From Oscillospiraceae bacterium (lineage in GTDB: Bacteria > Bacillota > Clostridia > Oscillospirales > CAG-272), in the NCBI GenBank assembly GCA_015065075.1, contig SVRA01000001.1, forward strand, positions 12,234-76,233: a stretch of 64,000 bases of DNA. Reading direction: 5' to 3'. Shown here one piece after another: positions 20,015 to 28,052 of this stretch. The translations under genes were made by a program, and so were the position numbers. Each line of letters begins with the position of its first letter. Positions within the stretch are counted from its first letter, which is position 1. The notes under the pieces are model-generated. The model saw only the letters and a list, made by a program, of their open reading frames with translations. It had not been told where the DNA came from and did no database searches.

Positions 20015-20407
20015 ATGGCTCAGTATCATACCGAACAGAGAAAAATATTGTATGAGTTTTTTTGCGACCACCCCCACGAATACTTTACCGTCAAAGAGAT
20101 ACACTCATTTTTAGCGGATCAGGGCATCAGCTTGAGCGCGATATACAGAAACCTTGCAAGCATGAAAGAGGAGGGAGTGGTGCGCTGTCAGATAAACAAA
20201 GACAGCCGCGACCTGCTTTATCGCTTCATCGATAAGGAGCACTGCGCCAATTCTATACATCTGACCTGCGTGGAATGTGGAAAGGTCTTCCACATGAACG
20301 CCGAAAGCGAGCGCAAGATGCAGGCGGCACTCTCTGCAGCGGAGGGCTTTCATATAAACAAGGAGAAGACCGTTCTCTACGGCACGTGTAAAAAATGTCA
20401 GGCATAA
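20015..20407 (+). CDS. zur: Fur family transcriptional regulator (Zur-like)
   Basis: The ORF-track start 19970 would overlap the promoter. The ATG at 20015 has RBS ggagg. CxxC pairs are present (CVECG, CKKC), and the gene heads a zinc ABC operon. Confidence 0.85.
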   Translation: MAQYHTEQRKILYEFFCDHPHEYFTVKEIHSFLADQGISLSAIYRNLASMKEEGVVRCQINKDSRDLLYRFIDKEHCANSIHLTCVECGKVFHMNAESERKMQAALSAAEGFHINKEKTVLYGTCKKCQA

Positions 20408-21378
20408 GGAATATCACGAAAATACTATTGGTCGCACTCGTGGTAATACTGATCACGTGCGCGGTGTCGTGTGACAACGTACAGAAAGATCACGACGGAC
20501 TCAATATAGTAGTAACAATTTTCCCCGAATACGATTGGGTAATGCAGATACTCGGCGAGCGCGCGGAGGACTCGGAGATCACCTTGCTTTTGCGAAACGG
20601 TACGGATATTCACAATTATCAGCCGTCGGTCGCCGACCTTGTGACGATATCGGAGTGCGATCTTTTCATATACGTCGGAGGAAATAGCGAAAGCTGGGTG
20701 GAGGACGCCCTGAAAAACGCAGCGAACGACGAAATGACCGTGATAAATCTCACCGAGGTCCTTGCCGACCGAGTGGTAGAGGAGGAGATAGCGGACGGTA
20801 TGGAGCACGACCACGAGCACAGCGAAGACGATCACGGACAAGCTGTCGACGAGCATGTCTGGCTCTCGCTCGAAAACGCGAGAAAGTGCTGTGAATATAT
20901 AGCAAACAGGCTTTCCGAGATCGACCACGACAATGCCGACGAGTATACCGAAAACGCGGCCCGCTATTGCGAGCAGCTATCGGTGCTCGACGGGGAATAT
21001 AAAACGGCGATCGAGAGTGCAAAATTCAGCACCCTGATATTTGCCGACCGTTTTCCGTTCCGATACCTCGTTGACGACTATTCTCTGGAATATTACGCCG
21101 CATTTTCGGGCTGCAGCACCGAGACCGAGGCGAGCTTTGAAACTATTGCGTTTCTCGTGGACAAGCTTGAAGCCTCGGGAGTCGGAAGCCTTTTCGTGAT
21201 CGACGGCTCGGACGGCAAGCTTGCGCGTACCGTCATAGAAAATTCGTCGGCAAAGAAAGTAGAGGTTCGCACCCTGAATTCGATGCAGTCGGTGACCGCG
21301 TCGGACATTGAAAACGGAATCACCTATCTTTCGGTAATGAAAGAAAATCTTGAAGTGCTTAAAATAGCGCTTAATTGA
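20395..21378 (+). CDS. znuA: metal (zinc) ABC transporter substrate-binding lipoprotein
   Basis: 327 aa. Lipobox AVSC, a His/Asp/Glu-rich loop MEHDHEHSEDDHGQAVDEH typical of ZnuA, and the ZnuA/TroA family layout. Confidence 0.88.
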   Translation: MSGIRNITKILLVALVVILITCAVSCDNVQKDHDGLNIVVTIFPEYDWVMQILGERAEDSEITLLLRNGTDIHNYQPSVADLVTISECDLFIYVGGNSESWVEDALKNAANDEMTVINLTEVLADRVVEEEIADGMEHDHEHSEDDHGQAVDEHVWLSLENARKCCEYIANRLSEIDHDNADEYTENAARYCEQLSVLDGEYKTAIESAKFSTLIFADRFPFRYLVDDYSLEYYAAFSGCSTETEASFETIAFLVDKLEASGVGSLFVIDGSDGKLARTVIENSSAKKVEVRTLNSMQSVTASDIENGITYLSVMKENLEVLKIALN

Positions 21379-21400
21379 AAAAAGCCGCACGGGCGGCAGA

Positions 21401-22123
21401 ATGGAGAATTTAATGGCGTTACTAACAGTTCAGAACGTGACGTTGGGATATGAAAATACGACCGTGGTCGAGGGACTCGATTTCGAGGTGAATTCGGGCG
21501 ACTATCTCTGCATAGTCGGTGAGAACGGCTCGGGTAAGACCACCCTGATGAAGACTATACTTCACTTAAGACCTGCCTTGTCGGGCAAGATCTTCACGGG
21601 GGAGGGACTTAAGCGAAACGAGATCGGCTATCTTCCTCAGCAGACCGAGGTGCAAAGGGATTTTCCTGCATCGGTATTTGAGATAGTCCTTTCGGGATGC
21701 CTCAATAAATGCGGCTTGCGCCCGTTTTATACCAAGAAAGAAAAAGCACTCGCACGCGAGAATATGGAGAAAATGGGTATATCACATCTGTCGGATCGTT
21801 GCTACCGCGAGCTTTCGGGCGGTCAGCAGCAAAGAGTGTTGCTTGCAAGAGCGCTTTGCGCTACCTCGAAAATGCTGCTTTTGGACGAGCCCGTCGCGGG
21901 ACTCGACCCCAAGGCGACCTCGGAGCTTTACGAGCAGATAGATAAGCTCAACAAGGAGTACGGAATAACGGTTATTATGATCTCGCACGACATCTCCGCA
22001 GCCGTAAAATACGCGAGCCATATCCTTCACGTCAGTCATAAGCCGCTTTTCTTCGGCAAGACCGAGGATTACCTAAAAAGCGGCATCAGACAAGAGTTTT
22101 CGCAGGGAGGAGAGGGAGTATGA
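21401..22123 (+). CDS. znuC: metal ABC transporter ATP-binding protein
   Basis: Walker A GENGSGKTT, signature LSGGQQQR and Walker B LLLDEP. The likely true start is MALLTV at 21413, with RBS ggaga. Confidence 0.9.
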   Translation: MENLMALLTVQNVTLGYENTTVVEGLDFEVNSGDYLCIVGENGSGKTTLMKTILHLRPALSGKIFTGEGLKRNEIGYLPQQTEVQRDFPASVFEIVLSGCLNKCGLRPFYTKKEKALARENMEKMGISHLSDRCYRELSGGQQQRVLLARALCATSKMLLLDEPVAGLDPKATSELYEQIDKLNKEYGITVIMISHDISAAVKYASHILHVSHKPLFFGKTEDYLKSGIRQEFSQGGEGV

Positions 22124-22962
22124 TCGAAATTTTTGATAAGCTTGCGACGTATCTGCGCTTCGACTTCGTCCGCAATGCCCTGATAGTCGGTGTCCTGATC
22201 GCCCTCTGCTCGTCCTTGCTTGGAGTGACGCTTGTTCTCAAGCGATTTTCCTTTATCGGAGACGGACTTTCCCACGTTGCCTTCGGCGCGATGTCGGTGG
22301 CGGCGGTGGTCGGTCTGACCGAGCAAATGGCACTCGTTTTGCCTGTCACCGTGGCTTCGGCGATCATATTGCTCTCAATGGGGCAGGGCTCCAAGCTCAA
22401 GGGAGACGCCGCCATAGCAATGATCTCGGTCGGCGCGCTTGCGGTGGGTTATCTCTTGCAAAACGTCTTTTCAACATCAGCAAACGTCTCGGGCGACGTC
22501 TGCAGCACTCTTTTCGGCTCGACCTCGATCCTCACCTTGAGCAGAGGCGACGTTTGGACCTGCCTTATCCTCTCGGCGCTCGTTTTAACGGTATTTATCG
22601 TCTTTTATAACAAGATCTTCGCGGTCACGTTCGACGAAAGCTTTGCTCAGGCAACGGGGATACGTGCCAAAGCCTATAATCTGATGATCGCGGTGGTCAT
22701 TGCCGTGATAATCGTGCTTGCGATGAATCTCGTCGGCTCGCTTCTCGTTTCGGCGCTGATCATCTTTCCCGCGCTTTCGGCGATGCGACTTTTCAAGAGC
22801 TTTCGCGGAGTTGTGATCTGCTCGGCGATCATCTCGGTCGTCTGCGCCCTGATCGGCATTTTGATCTCGATCGTGGCAAGCACACCCGTCGGATCGACCG
22901 TTGTTGTGACCGACCTTGCCGTTTTTGCCATCTTCGCACTCATCGGAGTCGTAAAAAAATAA
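22120..22962 (+). CDS. znuB: metal ABC transporter permease (ABC-3 family)
   Basis: 280 aa, polytopic. Overlaps the znuC stop by 4 nt. Confidence 0.88.
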   Translation: MIEIFDKLATYLRFDFVRNALIVGVLIALCSSLLGVTLVLKRFSFIGDGLSHVAFGAMSVAAVVGLTEQMALVLPVTVASAIILLSMGQGSKLKGDAAIAMISVGALAVGYLLQNVFSTSANVSGDVCSTLFGSTSILTLSRGDVWTCLILSALVLTVFIVFYNKIFAVTFDESFAQATGIRAKAYNLMIAVVIAVIIVLAMNLVGSLLVSALIIFPALSAMRLFKSFRGVVICSAIISVVCALIGILISIVASTPVGSTVVVTDLAVFAIFALIGVVKK

Positions 22963-22973
22963 TTTGAACACGC

Positions 22974-23011
22974 AAAAACCACGCGATTCACTGTCGGATA
23001 GCGTGGTTTTT
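22974..23011 (+). terminator. rho-independent terminator of the zinc operon
   Basis: aaaaaccacgc ... gcgtggttttt hairpin. Confidence 0.7.
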
Positions 23012-23061
23012 CGTATAAAATCCCTGCCGAAAATTTAAGTTCGGAATTTTTGACGAAATCC

Positions 23062-23090
23062 TTGAAATAGAGCAAGATTTATGATACAAT
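23062..23090 (+). promoter_or_regulatory. sigma-70 promoter (TTGAAA-17-TACAAT, TG-extended)
   Basis: ttgaaa tagagcaagatttatga tacaat, 32 nt upstream of the ATG at 23122. Confidence 0.5.
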
Positions 23091-23121
23091 ATATCTATAA
23101 ATACAAAGAACGGAGCTCGTT

Positions 23122-24954
23122 ATGAAAATACAAAAGCTTTACCCCGAATGTAAGGACTACCTTTGGGGAGGAAACAAACTAAAAGAAATCTACGGCAAGG
23201 AGACCGAAAAAACACCCTGTGCGGAGAGCTGGGAGCTGTCATTTCACAAGGACGGTATGACAAAGCTCTCGGACGGTAAAACTCTTGCACAGACGGCAAC
23301 GGACGCCGACCTCGGCGAGCACGTAAAGGACTTTTCCTTCTTTCCCGTGCTTATAAAATTCATCGATGCCAAGCAGGACCTTTCGGTTCAGGTGCACCCC
23401 TCGGACGAATATGCGCTGAAGAATGAAAATTCCTTCGGCAAAACTGAAATGTGGTACATCGTCGAAGCAGATCAGGGAGCTGGCATCTATCTCGGATTCC
23501 GCGAAAGCGTCACAAAGGAAGAATATGAAAAAGCCATTGCTGAAAAGAGACTTACCGACCTGCTCAACTTCTATGAGGTCAAAGCAGGAGAGTGCTATTT
23601 CATTCCCTCGGGAACGATCCACGCAATCGGCAAGGGTTGTCTGATCTGCGAGATACAGCAGAACAGTAACCTCACCTACCGCGTCTATGACTACGGCAGA
23701 AAGGACGCAAACGGCAACGAACGAGAGCTTCACGTCGAAAAGGCGCTCCGTGTCACAAATCTTGACAAATTCGAAAGGCTTTCACTCGGCGGCGACCTGC
23801 TTGGAGTCAGCAAGTATTTTAACGTGCGCAAAATATCCGTGAAAAACGAGATCTTCTATACAAACGAAAAGACCTTTGCATGCATCTGTTGTGTAAAGGG
23901 AGAAGGCGAGATCGACGGACAGAAAATAACCGTCGGAGACAGCTATTTTATCCCCGCAAACTACGGAAAATATACACTCAAAGGAGAAATGGAGATCATT
24001 ATGACTGAAATTCGCAAGTATTACATCGGAATCGACCTCGGAGGCACGTTCATCAAGGGTGGAATTATCGACGACGAGGGCAAAATAATCGTCAACGATA
24101 AGGTTCCTACCGAGAGCGCGGGCGGCTCCGAAACTGTTTTGAAGAATATCGCAAGCCTTTGCAAGTCCTTGCTCAAAAAGGCAAATATGACCGCAAACGA
24201 CGTAGAGGGCATCGGTATGGGTGTTCCGGGAATGATCGATAGCGAGCAAGGAGAGGTCATCTACTCCAACAATCTCGGTTGGGAGGATTTCTCTATCTCG
24301 AAGGAGCTCGAGCAGCTCGTCGGACTCCCCGTAAGGATCGCAAACGACGCTAACGTTGCCGCACTTGGAGAGACCAAGTTTGGCTGTGGCAAGGACTACA
24401 ACAATACCGTTATGCTCACGCTCGGCACGGGTGTCGGCGGCGGAATAATCATAAACGGAAAGCTCTTTGAGGGTAACCGTTCGGCAGGCGCGGAGCTTGG
24501 CCACGCGGTGATCGTTGCGGGCGGCGAGCAGTGCACCTGCGGCCGTCGCGGATGCCTTGAGACCTATGCTTCGGCAACCGCGTTGATCCGTGACACAAAG
24601 CGCGCTATGCTTGCTAATAAGGACAGTAAAATGTGGGAGATCGGAGATATAGAAAATGTCAACGGCAAGACACCGTTCGACTACTATGACGTCGACGAGA
24701 GTGCAAGAGGTGTCGTTGACAACTATATCGAAATGCTCGGTGCGGGAATTGCCAATATTGCCAATATGTTCAGACCCGAGGCAGTTATCCTCGGCGGCGG
24801 TGTCTGCAAGCAGGGAGATTCTCTGATCAAGCCCATCCAGGCAGTGCTTGACCGAGACATTTACGCGGGTACTAAGGGCCCGCAGGTCAAGGTAGTCACT
24901 GCAATGCTTGAAAACGACGCAGGAATTATGGGTGCCGCGGCATTGTGGATGTAA
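23122..24954 (+). CDS. fusion protein: class I mannose-6-phosphate isomerase (N-terminal) + ROK family sugar kinase (C-terminal)
   Basis: 610 aa. N-terminal half: SWELS, QVHPSD, TEMWY and HAIG (ManA type I). C-terminal half: YYIGIDLGGTFIKGG, GAELGH and the Zn motif CTCGRRGCLETYAS (ROK glucokinase-like). Confidence 0.88.
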   Translation: MKIQKLYPECKDYLWGGNKLKEIYGKETEKTPCAESWELSFHKDGMTKLSDGKTLAQTATDADLGEHVKDFSFFPVLIKFIDAKQDLSVQVHPSDEYALKNENSFGKTEMWYIVEADQGAGIYLGFRESVTKEEYEKAIAEKRLTDLLNFYEVKAGECYFIPSGTIHAIGKGCLICEIQQNSNLTYRVYDYGRKDANGNERELHVEKALRVTNLDKFERLSLGGDLLGVSKYFNVRKISVKNEIFYTNEKTFACICCVKGEGEIDGQKITVGDSYFIPANYGKYTLKGEMEIIMTEIRKYYIGIDLGGTFIKGGIIDDEGKIIVNDKVPTESAGGSETVLKNIASLCKSLLKKANMTANDVEGIGMGVPGMIDSEQGEVIYSNNLGWEDFSISKELEQLVGLPVRIANDANVAALGETKFGCGKDYNNTVMLTLGTGVGGGIIINGKLFEGNRSAGAELGHAVIVAGGEQCTCGRRGCLETYASATALIRDTKRAMLANKDSKMWEIGDIENVNGKTPFDYYDVDESARGVVDNYIEMLGAGIANIANMFRPEAVILGGGVCKQGDSLIKPIQAVLDRDIYAGTKGPQVKVVTAMLENDAGIMGAAALWM

Positions 24955-24965
24955 TCTGTTGAAAT

Positions 24966-25003
24966 AAAAAATGCCAAACGACGTTCTCGTTTGGCATTTT
25001 TTT
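24966..25003 (+). terminator. rho-independent terminator
   Basis: atgccaaacg-acgttct-cgtttggcat followed by ttttttt. Confidence 0.8.
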
Positions 25004-25057
25004 ATGTATGAAAGGCTTTTTCAACCTAGCAAAAAGGGTTTTTTGGACAATTTGATA

Positions 25058-25086
25058 TTGACAAATCTTTCTTCAAGAGTTATAAT
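25058..25086 (+). promoter_or_regulatory. perfect consensus sigma-70 promoter heading the nine-gene accessory operon
   Basis: TTGACA, a 17-nt spacer, then TATAAT. The leader to the ATG at 25192 is about 100 nt. Confidence 0.6.
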
Positions 25087-25191
25087 TAATCCATCTGTAC
25101 CCAGAGGGTAACCTCGGGATCAAAATATATGCAATATTAGGTCGGACTTTCGGCTCTGAAAAATCCGATCTCGTAATAGAATGGAGATAAA

Positions 25192-26739
25192 ATGACGTTC
25201 ACAATCTTTTCACTCGTATCAATAATAGCAATTGCCTTCAGCGTGGGCAAGGGCGCGTATAACGGACATCGCAGAGGAAGTACGAAAGCATTCGTTTCTC
25301 TTTTGTGTGTTATTTTCTCGCTTTGCATAGGAGCTCTCCTTTCTTCGCGCGTTTATGCTTCTTCGGTAGGTAATGCGGTAATATCGCTGCTGCAATCAAA
25401 TGAATCTATCGGTTCCTTGCTTGGAAGCATTGGACGGCTTGATGCTGTAGTGAGTGCGATCGTAGCTATGATAGTATCTCCGATAATATTTTTGATCGTG
25501 TTTTTGATCCTGAGGCTGATATGCCACATCGTCATGTCGATCGTTTATAAAAAGGCCCTTCAAGGTGTCGATAAGACCGAGTACCGCGTTGGAGAGAATG
25601 ACGGCTGGTATAAGCGCAACGATAAAAAAATAGGCGCCGTTGTGGGAGGCATAACGGGATTTCTTACCGTGCTGATACTGTTTTCACCTATAATAGGTAC
25701 GCTTAAGGCGGTCGATTCGGTTACAACTATGATATACGGCGACAGAAGGGGAGCTGTACGAGAGCAGGAAAATGATGATCAGGCAGACGCTCGCAGCGCC
25801 GACTACTCAGAGGAGGGTAGCTCAAAGAGCGCGATCGACATCGTGTCCGATTATGCCAACGACTTTGCAGGCACTGTAATGTATTATTGCGGAGGCAAAG
25901 CTATATATGATATGAGCGCCAGGGCAGAGATCGACGGACATACGGTAATATTGACACAGGAGATCGAGTCGGTTTCAAATATAATGCAGGATCTCTCAGA
26001 GGTCGCCCCCGCACTTACTGACATCGGCAGCTTTAGCACCGAGCACGTAGAAAAGCTTGAAAATATATGCGTGGCGTTAGACGATTCTTATTTTTTGAGT
26101 CTGTTGTCTTCATCCGTAGTATCCTCAGCGTCGCAGAGTTGGGTTATGAGAGAGGATTTTATAGGTATACCAAGACCTGATTTCAACTATTCGATATCTT
26201 CGTTTTGTGACAGTATCCTCTCGGTTTTGGCTACCACGACGCCTGATACGGTCAGCTCGGATCTTTCAACGTTCATGCGTGTATGCGACATAATAATGAA
26301 TTCAGGGCTTCTCCAAACCGACGGGGATTATATGGCTATAATGGCGATGATGGAGGACGGCAGCTTTTTGAACGATCTTATCGGTGAATTGGAAAAGAAT
26401 CCAAGGACCGCTCATTTGGTAGATTCACTTCACCTGTTTGCTATGAATTCCTTGGTCAATACCCTTAAGTTTGACGGATATGACGTTGCGGAGTATTACG
26501 GATTGATGGAAGACATCGCGGAGCAGTTCAACCGTATGAACGGTCAGACCCACGAGAAGAAGGTTGAGGACCTTGCTAATTATACGGTGGAATATTTGCA
26601 GGATTACGGCGTTGATATTCCCACAGAGGTGGCAAAGGTCGTTGCGGACGCTATGCTGACCGATATACCTAATTCGGACGGATACATTACCGCCGAACAA
26701 ATGCAGGAATTTTTCGATAAATATTATCAAGGAAACTGA
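25192..26739 (+). CDS. CvpA-like polytopic membrane protein with large C-terminal helical domain of unknown function
   Basis: 515 aa. The N-terminal roughly 170 aa hold four TM helices arranged like the CvpA/colicin V production family. The remaining roughly 330 aa are soluble with no recognised motif. Confidence 0.6.
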   Translation: MTFTIFSLVSIIAIAFSVGKGAYNGHRRGSTKAFVSLLCVIFSLCIGALLSSRVYASSVGNAVISLLQSNESIGSLLGSIGRLDAVVSAIVAMIVSPIIFLIVFLILRLICHIVMSIVYKKALQGVDKTEYRVGENDGWYKRNDKKIGAVVGGITGFLTVLILFSPIIGTLKAVDSVTTMIYGDRRGAVREQENDDQADARSADYSEEGSSKSAIDIVSDYANDFAGTVMYYCGGKAIYDMSARAEIDGHTVILTQEIESVSNIMQDLSEVAPALTDIGSFSTEHVEKLENICVALDDSYFLSLLSSSVVSSASQSWVMREDFIGIPRPDFNYSISSFCDSILSVLATTTPDTVSSDLSTFMRVCDIIMNSGLLQTDGDYMAIMAMMEDGSFLNDLIGELEKNPRTAHLVDSLHLFAMNSLVNTLKFDGYDVAEYYGLMEDIAEQFNRMNGQTHEKKVEDLANYTVEYLQDYGVDIPTEVAKVVADAMLTDIPNSDGYITAEQMQEFFDKYYQGN

Positions 26740-26772
26740 TCAAATTAAAATCAGTTGTTTTGGAGAGATCAT

Positions 26773-27474
26773 ATGTTTGATACCATACTCAAAGACTTGT
26801 TCGAGATATTGCTGTGCCTTATAAGCATAGCTATATATGTTTTTGCCGTGGGCTCGGTGTTGCCTTCGTGGCTCTTGCGCTTAAGATGTTCCGTGCAGGA
26901 CAGAGGTCTTAATAAATATACGTATCCGAGCGGTAGAGGAATACTTTATGAACCGCACCCAACGTTGAGAAAATACGTAAGCTCGTATATACTCTTTGTT
27001 GACAACGGGGTGAAATACATAAGGTGTAAGGCCACCGACGGTGTTGAACGGATATCGTATTCCGTGGCCGTGTTTGACAGACACGGCAAGGTGATAGAGG
27101 TGCTTAAGACCACTGATGTCATAGGGCCCGCGGGTTGCACAAGGCGCGTTGCTTTGCCCAAGGAGACCTCGTACGTAACGCTTATGCTTGATGCGGTCAA
27201 TGAAAAAAAGATAGATAGCGCTACACAACTGACGCTTGACAAGAAAAAGGGAATAGCTTTTGGCGGACTTGTCGTCGTGCTTACGGTCATAGAAGCGTTT
27301 ATAATAAGAGCGATGATGCTTAAGGCGGTAAATCTCGTTAGAGTGTATCTGATGGGAGATTCGGCATTGGAAATAAGCGGAGCATTCGTATTTGTTGCGG
27401 CGGTGGTAATAAGTGCCGTTGGATTGGGCGCTATGTTCCTCAAAAAAAGAAAAGGCGGTCTTAAGATAAAATGA
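26773..27474 (+). CDS. hypothetical membrane protein (N-terminal TM, beta-rich middle domain, two C-terminal TM helices)
   Basis: The ORF track starts at TTG 26755, but the ATG at 26773 has RBS ggagag. The middle domain resembles that of the next gene. Confidence 0.6.
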   Translation: MFDTILKDLFEILLCLISIAIYVFAVGSVLPSWLLRLRCSVQDRGLNKYTYPSGRGILYEPHPTLRKYVSSYILFVDNGVKYIRCKATDGVERISYSVAVFDRHGKVIEVLKTTDVIGPAGCTRRVALPKETSYVTLMLDAVNEKKIDSATQLTLDKKKGIAFGGLVVVLTVIEAFIIRAMMLKAVNLVRVYLMGDSALEISGAFVFVAAVVISAVGLGAMFLKKRKGGLKIK

Positions 27475-27998
27475 GTGAAATAGATAAGATCACGGTAAAG
27501 GGAATTTACAAATATCCGCAAGCGGATGGATTTGTCAGTGTCAAGCAATTTATGTTCGTTTACAGAGAAGGTGTCAAGCACCTGATTTTGAGATGCTCGA
27601 ACGATACTGAAACTGTGTTGAGAACCGTCAGCTTCGTGCTTACGGAGCTTGACCGCGACGGCGCGGTGATAAGGGATCGCCGACTGTCATATGACGATAT
27701 AAACGCCGAGGCGGGAGCGATGTTTTCGTCGAGCAAGGGAATACCCTTGTCGGACGAATGCGTTGATTTCAGGATCCACTTCGTAAGGGCTAAGTCGGAT
27801 AAATATATTTATAAGGTCACGGGAAAAAGAGCGTATGCATATTATTTTCCCAAGAAAACCGAACGCAGATCGAAAATTTTTGATTTTGGATTTTCGGCAA
27901 GCCGATTTGATATGTCGCAGTTCAAGCCGACGGCGACTTTGATGGTAGGAGCATTGCTGCTGCTCATCACAGCATTGACCGTTATATCTCTTCTTTGA
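27471..27998 (+). CDS. hypothetical tail-anchored membrane protein, paralogous domain to the preceding gene
   Basis: 175 aa. Overlaps the upstream stop by 4 nt. C-terminal TM helix ATLMVGALLLLITALTVISLL. Confidence 0.6.
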   Translation: MSEIDKITVKGIYKYPQADGFVSVKQFMFVYREGVKHLILRCSNDTETVLRTVSFVLTELDRDGAVIRDRRLSYDDINAEAGAMFSSSKGIPLSDECVDFRIHFVRAKSDKYIYKVTGKRAYAYYFPKKTERRSKIFDFGFSASRFDMSQFKPTATLMVGALLLLITALTVISLL

Positions 27999-28052
27999 TA
28001 GGTCAAGATTTTCAGCGTGGTAAACAAACCTTATTTTACTTTGGAGAAAACG

